64,000 bases of DNA from Klebsormidium nitens (lineage: Eukaryota > Plantae > Klebsormidiophyceae), in NCBI GenBank assembly GCA_000708835.1, contig DF237184.1:69486-133485 (forward strand), in the 5' to 3' direction. Every line of letters starts with the position of its first letter. Position 1 is the first letter of the stretch. Under the pieces are notes generated by a model. It saw only the letters and a program-made list of their open reading frames with translations. It did no database searches and was not told where the DNA came from. Shown in pieces: positions 23,601-36,475 of this stretch. The position numbers and the translations under genes are program-made.

Positions 23601-26600
23601 GGAGGGTCATCCTCCCAGAAAGGTAGATCAATGCCCTAGACATTTGAATGAGCCTTTGCTCACTGCCCTGAAGCTCCTCTACTTCTTGTTCTAGGCAACG
23701 ATGAAAGCGTTTCTTCGAGTGCTTGCAAATGCCAGCAAATTATGCGCGTATTAGAAGTGCATTTCAGGGGCGGATGGGTTTACACAGCCTGATGAGAAAT
23801 GCGGAACGGAAAGAATATGTTCTGAGAATCAAAGGAGCATGTGCCTGTCAGGTTGGACGGCCCTTGTACCCCCTGTTCCTCCGTGTTCAGCTGCGAATTT
23901 CACGGCAAAATTTGAAGTCTTGATGTCGACTTCCTACAGTGGCCACACCGCTCTCCTGGAAGACCACATCAACATTGCGTCCTTGATGCGCAAGAACGGC
24001 TTCTCGCCCCCCCGCGCCGTGAGTCCTGAGAGAACTTCCGGGGGAACGCCCCGACTTGAATCCCCGGCCAATGGACCCTCCCCCCCGGATCTGACCGACC
24101 TCGCAGCCCGCGACCCGGTTAACCCCGGGGTGGTTGCCGTTAACCCGGGGGTAAGCGGTGCGGCCAACTCCGAGAACCCGCGGGTTAGAGACGCGGTCGG
24201 CTCCGCAGCCGAAGTCCCCGCTGCTCGTGTGAGGGACGCCCATGTCAATGCTGACGTCAGCAGAAGTGACGTCAGCGGCCTAAGCTACGACTCCCCGGTC
24301 CCCCGGCGGCGGCGGGCGGCCGTGCCGGACGAGGTATACGACGAGATGGGGCGGTTATTAGAGCCTTGGCGCATAGTGACGTCACCGCTCGTCAGCGGGG
24401 CTGAGAATCTGCCGGACCCGAGCGCGGAGCCGCGGCGGCCAATTTTGTTTGTCGGGAATCACACCATTTTTGGGTTGTACGACTCGCCGCTCCTAGTTCA
24501 CGAGTTGTTCATGCGGGGCTTCCGGTGCCGGGGGCTCGCGCATCCGGGGCACTGGCGCAGCGGAGCGGGGCAGCTTTTTGAGAGGTGCGTCTTTTTGCTA
24601 CTCTAGAAGGTCAATTGGTTGCGAAGAAAACTGAGGCTTTTTAAAGCAGAGCTCACTGAATCGCGGATTCTCAAGAGTTGTTCCGAGAATGATTCTAACT
24701 CAGCGGGAGGGCTTGTCTCTGCTCTTTTGACAACTTTCATTGGTTGGTGATGGCTCATGGCTCAAGAGTTTGCTTCCCTTCAGATTAGGTACGATATACA
24801 AAGCGACTATTCCGATAAACGGGAGCACGAAGTAATAAGAGAATTACTTCGTGCTTCAGCAGAGAGCTCGGTGACTTTTCGGCTAATCAATCTTGCTTGC
24901 AATCAACGCCGCTAGACCTTATGCTGCGCGCTTTCCTGGTCAGGTATGGCAACGTGAAGGCGACGCCGTTTGCTGCGTACAAGCTGTTGAAGGAGGGCGA
25001 GGACGTGCTGCTCTTCCCGGGAGGCGCTCGGGAAGTCGTTAAGCGCAAGGTGGGGTTAGGCTCAATCTGACCGGTCGATGTTTCGGAAAGATGTGGCCAA
25101 TATGAGTCACTTTGCATGTCTTAGGTAGCATTTGAGCAATTTTTTTCAGGCCAATTGAAGGCCCATCTCGCGGCGAGGAGAGGGGCTCAGCTATTCCACC
25201 ATGGAAGGTCTCTCGGTCTAGGTAGGATCGACACTTCGAGGTTGGATGCGGTACTTCGAGGATTTTTGGATCCAGCCTTAGATGGAAGTGGCAGCAACCC
25301 TGTACTAAGACGTGCATTATGCCGCATGTATCGCTGTGGCCCGATTTTGTACGAAACGTTAAGCAAGCTGTCAGAAATTCAACTCTTCACAAAGAATCCT
25401 TGTGTTTTTAAGAATGCTACGTCCATGTATCCGCGCTGGCGGTTTTGTATTACGCACCAAAACACTCGTATGTTGGATCCAGAGAGTGCGTTGTTCAAGA
25501 TTTCCAGGCATCAGACGAGTTCTCTATCAAAGACAGCCGTCCATTTTTGTCCCCTTTTTGTTTGGGCTCCTTGTGCACAACAGTGCGTCCTCGTTCAATG
25601 TTTTTGTGCCTACTTCAAAACAACGTCACTTCGTAAAATCTACATGGCTCGCATTTGCAAAACGTTGTGCTTCATTGAATTCACGCGGCTGGAAGGATTT
25701 GAAGCGAAGTTTAAATTTCAACGCCCCGAATTTGCATCCGCAGGGGGAGGAGTATCAGCTGCAGTGGCGGGAGAAGGCCGACTTCGTGCGCATGGCCAGC
25801 AGACTAGGCGCTATCATAGTTCCCTTTGGGGCGCTCGGGGGAGACGACGCGTAAGTCGCACTCGTACACCTATATCACGCGTTTCCGATTGTCGACATCT
25901 GAAAGGGTTTCTGCTTGATACCAAGAGGTCATTCGAACCAATACGTCACAAAACCCCTTTGCCTGGCTGTTTGTACCTTTCTTCGGATGCGATCTTGCGA
26001 CGTGCTATGCTCAGAACCAGCGCAGTTGGATCGCGTCGAAACTTTACGAGAAGTGCTCAGTTCCGTTGCTGACGTCAAATCGCCCCGTCACGCTGTCCTT
26101 CGTTGCCACGTGGCAGGTACAAGATCTTATGGGACGGTCGGGACATTCTCAGCTCCCCGGTGGGCCCGTTCGTCGAGGAGCTGTACAAATCGGTCGGGTT
26201 GGAGGCGGACCTCGTATATCCGGTCACCCGGTTGCCATTCCTGGGGCTGCCGATACCTAGGTGGGCATGCGGATACAGTCTGCCTTTGTCTGCGTTCTCT
26301 CTTGTCTACCGTCTCGCTTGATTTTCCAGTCCTCGTTGTTTCCCCCACTTCTTCTGCTCCACGATATGTGAATGTGAGTGCATCGACATAACGTGGAGTA
26401 GGGTATGAGAAGGACTGGGGCTTGAGACGCTAAATTTTCAGACGGACTGGGTTGTTCCTGCGTAAGTAGTTGAAGCGAAGAACTAATATCTGTCCATCTT
26501 CGTCCTCTTTTGATAGCTCTTTCTTCCTCACGGCTCACGGCGCTCCCCCCTGTCTCCTGCACCAAGACCATCCTCTCCCTGGGGACTTTCTACCCATTGC

Positions 26601-27791
26601 GTGGTTCCCCCGGGCCCTTTCTTTCAGTTCTATTCCATATCCGCTAACGAACGCATCTCCGTCCTCTTCTGCTCATGCTCTCGCTAACGTCTCCTGCATA
26701 GTCACGCCGTCGTAAGGTTCGAAAAATACGGGAAGTCCTCCCCTGGGATTCTTTACTGAGCGTGGCTCCACCCGGCCCTTTTGCAGTCCTATCCCCATCC
26801 CCGCCATCGAACGCATCTACTTCCACTTCGCGCCGGCAGTTGACACCAGCCAGTACGCGTGCGATCTGTCGGACGCCGACGCATGTCAGGATTTGTACGG
26901 TGAGCGTGCGCCCCCGTCCGAGCGCCTCTACCTTGAGTATTCTGCGACGGACTATCTTGAAAGGCTCTGATCGATTCCGGTGCGAGTGTTCGGTGCTCGC
27001 TCTGGCCAGGTGTTTGTTTCTCGAACAAACTATGAATCAGGTTTGGTGTCACACCTCATGAAGAACGCCCGAATAGTTCATACATTACTTAGCATTGCTG
27101 CATGCTGGTTATTTTTGAGAAGGAAACAAGCATGTAGCATATGTTTGGTCGGGCATTACAGCGCTTCATGCCCGCATTACCTTTCTGCAGGCACGACAAT
27201 CACCGGTGCATCAACCCTCTTGATTGTGCTTCTTGCTTTCAATAAAAGGCACCTGTCGCGGTTGTTTCGGTCGCCCAAGCGTTTCTTCTGCTTTTTGCAT
27301 CTGAGCAGACGTACGACCAAACATCGCTGTTGCTTGCACGCTGTGCAGGGTTGGTGAGGCGGTCGGTGGAAGAGAGCATCGCCCACCTCAAAGAAGTGCG
27401 AGCAAGGGACCCGGTACGTTCAGTTTTTGTCCTCGATTCTGCTCGTGTGTATCGCATTGATAGAGCAGCCCGTCTGTTCCGCTTGCTGTAACTGTCGCTC
27501 CTATCCAAAGTTTGGCCCCACGTCTCCTCGAGTTTCTTGCAATCTGGATCGAAACGTGGCACGCAAGTAAATTCCAACTCTGAAGCTCGGCTTCTTGAAT
27601 CACAAGCTTGCCAAAATCGTAGAAGCGTGAGTTTTGAACCAGCTAGTGCCAACTCCATTGCCGGGTACCAAGAAACACTGGATTGAATTTGAATCTGACG
27701 GCAGTTTGTTTGTTTGCAGGAGCGCATGTTCCCTGCTCGGATGTTGGCGAAGGCGTCGCGTTTGCTTCCAGAGTTCAGCCCGCGAGAATAA
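20606..27791 (+). CDS. Phytyl ester synthase-like esterase/lipase/thioesterase: alpha/beta-hydrolase plus DAGAT acyltransferase domain, probable plastid transit peptide (about 929 aa)
   Basis: 12 exons: 20606-21468, 21823-22006, 22558-22773, 23076-23252, 23525-23622, 23940-24584, 24944-25049, 25744-25850, 26117-26260, 26787-26899, 27349-27413, 27720-27791. Motifs: PLLIYVPGMDGTG, LAESFG, LVLLNPAT, SGHTALLE, ILFVGNHTIFG, LLFPGGAREV, FVRMASRLGAIIVPFGALG. Confidence 0.9.
26578..26670 (+). repeat. Degenerate upstream copy of the PES exon-10 acceptor plus exon start
   Basis: ...CCCGGGCCCTTTCTTTCAG|TTCTATTCCATATCCGCTAACGAACGCATCTCC (AG 26626-27) versus ...CCCGGCCCTTTTGCAG|TCCTATCCCCATCCCCGCCATCGAACGCATCTAC (AG 26785-86); spacing 159 bp. 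Confidence 0.7.
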
Positions 27792-29374
27792 GGAAGGTTT
27801 AGCGGCTGTTATTTTACCATGTTGACATGTTGGGAACCGGTCATAACGAGTTGATTGTGCACAAAGACAAGCGCAATGCCACTATCTTTTTGCCGATTTT
27901 GCACTGCGGAATAATCAGATGTTGACGTTGGACTCTAAGAGAATCGGAATTACAGCATCGAGTGCTTAAATTTCGGCCTCTTGTTTCCCGCACGCTGTCA
28001 AACCACATCTTGTCGAAGCAGAGTTGATTATTGTGAACACTGATGAGTTTCACGGTCAGCCCGGCCCTTTCCCTAAAACCGTTTCAAGTTTGCACGTGAT
28101 GTTGCATCAATGGGCATCAACGTGCATGACAGATTGGGAAGTTGCACTCTACGAAGGCACACCCGATGTGATATGAGGTGTACATTGTTTACCCCTATCA
28201 TTCTAACGAGCAAACCTCTTCGTGCAATTCATGTCAGCTAGGTATACTAGACAATTTCGTCATACGTTTCTGGCAGGCACTACAGCTATAGGCATCTTTG
28301 TTCAAATCAAACTTGACGTTGTTGCCTGAAGGTTTCACCGTAGCTCTACATATGGTCTTTTTTCAAAACCCGGCTACGTCGTACATGACATAATACATGT
28401 ATCCAATTCTCATGCAAACGAAGAAGCTTTTGAGCTGAAGTGCAGTTACTACGACGGTATCTAGGGAGCTGACTGAAGTTGTCTCGCTGTTCGTTTCCGT
28501 TTACTCTGCTCGTACCCTGCAGCCAAACCCCAACCAAACGTCATTGAAAGCAAGAGCCCGAATATAGCGGATCTTGACTAAGTGACATCATGGCGGGATC
28601 ATGGCATCTATCGAATCGCAAACGCACTGAAGAAGACATGACCCAGGGAGAGCCGCACCATTTTCGATCTGGCAAATGACGTACCGTATACCAGAAAGAA
28701 AGCTCTATTTGTGCGCGAGCTCTTGCAATCGGGCCAGATTACATTACCACTTGGCACTTACGTAATACCAGGTAGTCCCAGCCGGCATCAGCCGATGTGG
28801 GTCATGTCAGGCGAACCGGTCACTTCAGTACCCCGGGGGGGTTCGAACTTTGCGGCGCTGATCCAGGACATCCTCCTGCATACAAACCTAGGTTCCGACA
28901 GTCACCACTGTACCTGCATTAAAATTTACACGTTACCGGTTTAATTTATCCATAATATGCTCAGCGTCAGAACCGGGGCCCGGGGATCGACCTTGGTTAT
29001 CGTCTTTATGCTGTTTAAACCCTTCTTCCTTGGTGGCAGAGTGACTGCAATGATCAGGGTTGGGCCTTGGCCCCTTCTTCTTGCTGGCGCCGCCAACCTG
29101 GCAGTCGATGGTTGCTGCTAGGTATTGCGCTACATTCCTAGGTATTGCGACTTGCAGGGTGGTTGAAAGGCTTTGACTTTCGACAGGCTTCTGCTGCAGC
29201 TTCTTTGTCAGCTTCCATCTTATGAGGGCACTCCAGGTCCCAAATGCTCTGTGCCCATCCTTGTAACCTTGGGGAGCCACTCGGTGGCGTCGAAGCGCTC
29301 GAGCATCTTTCAGATCGGTCTGATGGCAGATGATCGTCTCACTTGTCACCCAGTGGTGTAGTTCATGACGGAGA

Positions 29375-32300
29375 ATGGCAAATTGCTTTGCGTGCTTTGC
29401 TCGGTCTGATAAGGAGGAGGCTCCCGAGGACGATCGGAGTGCACCGGGGAGACAGCATGGAGCGCCGGCCCGTAAGGTGTTGCCAGGTGAGGCACTTGTG
29501 AACCTCAGGCAACGTGCGAGTCTCGTTCATGTAGCCATCAAAGAGCATGAGCCATGGATCTCAGAGCTTTTGCTTCCTGTTCTTGATTGATGAGGGGCTG
29601 GAGATCAATGTTTGCAAGCCTCTTGTGCGGTACTGGACAAGATACCCAGCTGATCAGATGCTGTACTTATATGATTTGGGCGGCATCCACTTTTCGGGTT
29701 GTTTGTAGCTAGCTAACAAGAGTGAGCTTGGGTGGTTGCTGCTCGGGCTTGTGATACAGCTGCTGCTTGTGGTTGGTGCTTAGGTGTCACCAATCTCAAT
29801 GTGGACATCACTCTTGTTTGCTGAACAACGGCGTCGTACTCTTCAATTTTGCATCATAGAAGCACAACTTTAGGTTTGCTTAAAGTGAATCGTTCCAGCA
29901 CCCAGCTCTAGGGTTTCTCAGCTCGACAATCGTGACACACCGAGAGCAACAAAAGAAGTTAGGTTCAATTTGCGTTGTCTTGATACAGCTTCCTATGAGG
30001 AAGGGATGTTATGCTGCCAGTGCCTTTCAGTGGTTGCAATAGATGGCCTTCAGCTGCTTGTTAGCAAGTTGAAAGCAATCTGGAAGCAATGCGGCAATGT
30101 CGCATCATTGGGAGTTGTGCTCCAAGTTCCTTTTTGAAGCTTTGAGCTCATTTGTGAGGTTTCTCAATCAATCTGACACCATTGAACCTGGACACTTTTT
30201 GATTGCTCCACTCCTGTTAAACAAGCCTTCAATGTTGGCCTTTATTGGCATCAAAAAGATTCCGGTTAAGCTGAAGCACAAGCCGCTTCCTTTATGCTCG
30301 TATTGTCGTTTGTGAATCTCCATAGTCTCAGAAGACCAGCATCAATGTCCGCATAGCCCCAAGCTTTATTTCCCACTGCATACGCGGTCTCCATATCTTT
30401 CTGTCGGTGTAAGCAGTGTACTTATGCTGGTCTGCTAGTGAGTAAGCATAAAACTGCAAAGCTTCTGTAAGATTGTCTCCCTTTTTCTGTTATCACAGGT
30501 ATATCTGTTGCCAATGTGTCCGATCTCTGCCCAATGTTCGTGGCTTAAATGTTCGTCAATGTTCATCAACATCTCTCCCAAAATGCTCGGCTCTCCATTC
30601 AGATCCTCAACACCGAAGATTTTCCCCGGTCTACAGTACACCACTGCACTAGTCATGTTTGCTTTTATCCTCCTCGACATTTTTGATTAAGTAGTTTCCA
30701 CCTTTTGTGCTCAATCTTTCTCCCCCTCATTCTCACTACTTGCTTTCCACAATGCAGAGCACGAGATGCTCGTCCCATCCAACGGCCCTATTATCGGCAC
30801 TCCCGCGCACCCCAACGCCCGCCTCGGCCGCCTCCCCTCCAAAGAGCCCGAGGAGCACTTTGCGTCCCACCCAGAAAAGTCGCCGGCGCAGATTTTCACC
30901 TTCCGGGAACTGCAAGCAGCCACTCGGGACTTCCGGCCTCAGAACCTGCTCGGGGAGGGCGGGTTTGGCAGGGTTTACAAGGGCCGGTTAGAGCGGACGG
31001 GGCAGATTGTGGCCGTGAAGCAGCTGGATAGGACGGGCCTGCAGGGCAATGCGGAGTTCCGAGTGGAGGTGTCGATGCTCAGTCTGCTGCACCATGAGAA
31101 CCTGGTGAACCTGATCGGATACTGTGCGGATGGGGATCAGCGGCTGCTGGTGTATGAGTTCATGCCGCTGGGGTGCCTGGAGGATCATCTGCATGGTGAG
31201 GCTTTGGAGCTTGAGGGTGTTCGGAAGCAGATTGCTGGGTCTCAGGGTTAAGAGTGAGCCTAATCTCAAGGCTTGAGCAACCTGGGCGTGGCGATAGGTG
31301 CTGATTGCCGACCAGGCGCTTGCCAATGATCCAGCATAAAGGGGCCTGTAATGTGTTCAAGCGTAAGGAGGGCGCTGCCAGACATGTTGGAGGACTTTGC
31401 ATTTTGATCGGCTACAATGTGGCTGTTGATCGGCGCTCCTCGGCTCTGTATTAGCTGGTTTGTTTTCTTCATTGCTCTCTAGAATAGGGGGTCCTGCAAG
31501 ATGGTGGTTCAGCTAGAGCCTGGACCGCGTGTCTGTATAGTAGCAGGGAGCCTTGCTTATGTCTACTACGAGGGTGTGGATTAGTGTCTTTCATTCTGGG
31601 CCAAGAGTCGCAGAACTTTTCTACTCTTTCTGCGGTGTTCAGCAAGGCAGCTCTGGAGGCAGCAATGTGCATGAGGTTTGTTCCAAACCTCAATTGGAAA
31701 CGTTCGATGTTTGCAGGTCTGCGTTCCTGTAAACTTTTGATACTTTGCCAACTGTCGCCTTCAATGGCCCATACGGGGTTTGAGTAGGGCCCATACGGAG
31801 TTTGAGTAGGCATTTGTGACTATCTCCAGCAGCACCTCAGTTGCTCAAGTTCACGTGGCTCGTGATATTGCGTCCTCAGTTGATAACCCTCGCAGTCAAT
31901 TAATGCTAGCCAAACCCTGATCTACACAACTCCCATCAAATGTACGTGTCCATGTTTTGGACACTTCTCTGAGCGCACAGTGGACCCCCTGTCACAGACC
32001 CTTGCTGCATCCTCAAACAGCTTTGGGTGTAGGGCTTTAGGCTAGTACTCCAAAAGATTGCGGTGTATCGACACCTCCTCCAAGGTGGACTCCGGCCCTT
32101 TTGTCCTCAAGAAGAAAGTCACGATTGGAGAGCCTCTGCGGGACCTATTCAGCCAGTGCTCCGTGGCATAGTTAGCCACTGCTCTGCGGACATAGTCAGC
32201 CAGTGCACATCTGGTGTCCTTTGAGACGATTCTAAGAAGATGTTCCATACATTCAGTTGAACCATCTGGCAATACAGATTAGACAACTTTGAAATCTCAC

Positions 32301-35061
32301 CTCTTTACCCCACTCCCCGCAGACGTCCCCCCCGAGCGCGAGCCCCTCGACTGGTACACCCGCATGCGAGTTGCGTATGGCGCCGCCAAGGGCCTCGAGT
32401 ACCTGCACGACAAGGCGGACCCCCCCGTCATTTACCGCGACTTCAAATCGTCCAACATTCTGCTCGATGTCGGGTTCCATCCGAAGCTCTCCGACTTCGG
32501 TCTCGCGAAGCTCGGGCCGACGGGGGACAAGACGCATGTGTCGACGAGGGTCATGGGAACATACGGTTACTGCGCGCCGGAGTATGCGATGACGGGGCAG
32601 CTGACGACCAAGAGTGACGTGTACAGCTTCGGCGTGGTGCTGCTGGAGCTGATCACGGGACGGCGCGCGATTGACAGCTCGCGGCCGCGGCAGAGCAACC
32701 TGGTGGCCTGGGTAAGTCTAGAGTGCAATAACAGGACTTGTGGGGTTTGAAGAGACATTTTGCACGGACTTCATGGGAACAGGATTCGAACATGGTCATG
32801 TCATTGATTGTTCTGTGAAAGCTGCTGTTGTTGACGCCCTCAGATCAACAACTGGAGTCGAAAGTTATTTTGCCACAAAAATGGCGTCAGTAGATAAAAT
32901 GGATCTGATCCTGCTTTGCAAGTACGTCGAGTGGCCGTCCAGGAATGGGACATGTATGTACATGCTTCCTTGAATTGTGCTGCTGATCACAGACGTTCTC
33001 CTTCAGCGGTTGCTTCTTGTTGAAGATCGGAAGGTTTAGCTGAGTTGGAGACAAGCCTCCTTTTTGCCAGAACATGGCTTTTGCAGGAGGTCAAAAGTTA
33101 CAATCTATGTGGTTGATTGAGTTTTTCTGGTGTAGTAGTCAGTTTCCTGAGAGCGTCCTCTGCTCTTGCAGGCGCGCCCCCTGTTCAAGGACCGGCGCAC
33201 ATTCCCAAGCATGGCAGACCCGTTGCTGCAGGGCCGCTACCCGATGCGAGCGCTCTACCAGGCTATGGCAGTAGCCGCCATGTGTCTGCAGGAAACCGCC
33301 ACCCTGCGGCCCCAGATCGGTGACGTGGTTATGGCCCTTAACCATCTCGCTAACCAACGCCAGGAGCCCGGGGAACCCGGACGACGGACCTCGCGGGAGA
33401 TCCCACGGGCTGGACCCCGGGGGATGACCACTCCGGAACGACGCGGGGGCGAGGAGAGAAATGGAGACAGGTTGAGGGGGGGGTACGAAAACGTGCGGCA
33501 AGCGGGGGGGCGGAGGCGAGAGGACGAGAACTGTGGGGGGAGGAACTGGGAGCGCGAGAAGGGCATCTACTTCCGGGGGGGTCAAGAGGGCCGGCAGGAG
33601 ACCCCCCGGCGGCGGGACGACGAGTTTGGGAATGGGGGCGAGCGGAGCGAGTCGAGCCACAGCCGGAAGCCGAGCGGCGACGGCAGCGAGTCGTACCGGT
33701 CTGAGGACACGTTTGAAGCGGAACGGGGGGGTGTGAAGGCCGCCGAGCAAGACCCCCTGGGAGACGGAGACAGCGCCCGGGCGAGCCCCCAAGTCGAGCG
33801 GTTCGTTCCCGCCCCCCTCCAGCAGGAGTACGCGTACCCCCCCAGCACGAGAGAGCACCCCGCGTTTGCGGGGACGGCGAAGAGCGCGATCCTGGAGCGG
33901 ATGTCGTCATGGGAGGCGCGGCGGGGGAGGGGGGGCCCGGCAGGGACGTTGAGGCACAGGGTGCTGGACCGCACTCAAGACAGGGAGGCGGCGGCGCGGC
34001 AGGCGCGAGTTGTGGAGATCCCGGAGAGAGGTGCGGGTGGGGAGGGGTCGATCGCTGCTGAGAGTCCGCGGGAAATGCCCCTGGGGTGGGACCTGCAGAG
34101 CGAGGCAACGACGCTGTCAGCGGAGGACCGGGGCCAGGCCGTCTTCGACCTCGAAGTGCCGGAGGCGTCGTTGCAGGAAACGTTTGGGGTTGCGGCGCCG
34201 GGCCGGATTGAGATGGGATACGGGTTTGGACAGGATGAGCCGGGGAGGGGGCCCGGCGCCGCGGCCGGGCAGCAAGACGCTTTTGGCAGCGTGGTGTACC
34301 CAGAGGTGCCAGACCGGGGGTACCACGACTTCGGTAGGCTAAGCATCGACGAGCGAGCAAGCGCTCTTGAGCCTCCGTTGGTGGGGGCAGGGGCCGCAAC
34401 AGAGTTGCCTCTCTCCAACGGCGGGGCCAACGCTTTCCCTTCGGAGACCGCTGCGGAACCCTTTGAGCCGGCTGTGGCGCAGCAAAAAGTGGCAGATTTG
34501 GGTGGGGGGGAGAAGGAGCCAACGGATCAAGCGGGCGGAAGCTCCGAAGCTCCGGCCGAGAAGCCCGTCGGGTTTCTGGCGATTCCCAGCTTCAAGGCCA
34601 GGCAGGAACAGGCGCTCGACGCTGCGGGGCGGGTCGCATTTCTCTGGCAGCAGCAGCAGCAGCAGTCGCCCCCGCCCGTGCGGCCAACTCCCGCAAACCC
34701 GTTCGACTTGTCCGAAGAAAGTCCGCAGCCCAGCAGGGCGCGGAGCCCAGTCACGGTCGAGAGTCCGCGAATCGTCCACATGGTCGAGAGTCCGCGAATC
34801 GTCCACATGGTCGAGAGTCCGCGAATCGTCCACACGGTCGAGAGTCCGCGAATCGTCCAGAGCGTCCGGAGTCGGCCGCGGACGCCAGAGCGGCTTATGC
34901 GGTTGGACATGCCCCGGGACTCTCTAGAACGCGTTGACTTCGTGGCGGAGCCGGGTGCAAGTGGGGAGCCGTCGAGGTTGGAAGAGTACGCATGGGCCCA
35001 GCCGCAGGATCCGAGCAATGGACGACGCCCGGGATCGTTTGGTGTCGGGGGAATGGGATAG
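29375..35061 (+). CDS. Receptor-like cytoplasmic kinase, RLCK-VII (PBS1/PBL27-like), with a low-complexity C-terminal extension of more than 500 aa (about 942 aa)
   Basis: Exons 29375-29486, 30758-31195, 32323-32711, 33172-35061. Motifs: [89 protein letters not shown]. Confidence 0.93.
34756..34857 (+). repeat. Coding 27-bp tandem repeat, about 3.8 units ([10 protein letters not shown])
   Basis: GTCGAGAGTCCGCGAATCGTCCACATG x2, ...CACACG, then a partial unit. The units are contiguous with no spacers. Confidence 0.95.
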
Positions 35062-36475
35062 CCGCCAGCCGCCCGTGTCCAAGTGGATGAGCCCCCTGGC
35101 ATTGGGCTGCCGGGACCTTCCCTTGTATCTCTTGCAAGGAAGACTAACCGCAAGCTGAGCCCGAGGGAAAGGTCTCCTCAAAACGGGTACCTGTATGACA
35201 GCTTTGACGGCACTCGCGGTCCACGGTAGTGCCCGGCCATTAGCTAATCAATGAGTAGAGGAAAATTTGCGCGACAGATATTTCTGCCTTTGAACAGAGT
35301 GTCGGACTCTTTGATTTCTGTGGTAGTTAACGCTTGCGAAGAAAGATTGACCAGCTATGCGACAAAGGTCTTGCGGCTGGAAGGCTGGATCAACCATGTT
35401 CTACGATGCCATACTTCGAAATGGTGTGGAGGCGGGAGTTTTGTTAGCTTTGATCATAGGGTCCCCCAAGGTTGACGGTGTCTAAATAAAACATTGTGGT
35501 AAGCTTAATACATACTCATTGAGGGCCAACTTGAACAGAAGTTGCTTTAATATATCTATTCATGTCTCACGTATAGAAACTGGGCATAAATACAGGCTTG
35601 TACAAATTCACCATCAGTTGTGCCAAAGCTTTATTACACGCATCAGTTCAAAGTCATGCCAAACAAAGACGTGCAAGCCATATATTGCATATCATTGCGG
35701 CTTGCAAAATATTCCGGATAAAGTCGCCAAGTCTTATACCAATTGCGTACGTTTCTTTTCCGAACCCCATTCTTAGACTGAGTCAACGGCCGCAACATTT
35801 GCATTGCTTATTTCCACAGCTCCCGGGCTTGGATGATGGCCGGCGCATGGAGGGGGCCATGTGCAATTTCAAAATCGAAGTGTGCTATGCATGGGTATGA
35901 CCGGACATGGTACGTATGGTATACCAATCAGCGCTAGGTAGAAGGCAGAATTATGCGGGGACCGTCCTATAGTGCTACTACTAGCCAGTGGCTATAACTT
36001 TACCTAATTCAACACCCAACTTATAAGAAGTGACCATACATCGTGGTAGTTGAGAATCGTCGATCATACTCATTTCTTATCGGACGGCAATTAGTATTGC
36101 GTTTGGAAACGGGACCTCAGCTTCTCGCAAGACGTGGCATTTACATTTGCGGCCCACGTGCCGTCCACAAGCTCAAGAAGAGATTTTATCCGTCGAGATC
36201 TTTTTGTTCAAAATCAAAGCCTGAGCTCAAAAGAAGGAACACTGTCGTCATGCAGGATGCCTGGTGCCACGGTGCACAGCTGAGGCTGTGGGGTGTTTGG
36301 CTGTGTTTGCGGCAAACACAGCCAAACACAGGCAAACTTTGCTTGTCCAAGACTTGGACTGAGAGTCAGAGTCAGAGTCAGAGACACAGGAAGTACCTAC
36401 CTTTTTTAGGTATTTTCAGGATCCATCATCCCAAAGGCAAACTCTAGTACGCTCTCAAACGTCTCTGGAGCGAAA

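Noticed and set aside
28835-28860. GGTTCGAA T-loop-like motif (also near 58178)
   Set aside because: No cloverleaf, acceptor stem or A-box could be built, so no tRNA or SINE is called.
33350-34522. 390-aa minus-strand ORF and other long overlapping ORFs (e.g. 145..552 +, 6831..7577 +, 47850..48392 -)
   Set aside because: They are antisense or alternate-frame shadows of GC-rich real exons, with no recognisable motifs or splice logic.
34756-34857. 27-bp direct repeats as a CRISPR array
   Set aside because: The units are contiguous with no spacers, in frame inside a eukaryotic exon, and there are no cas genes.
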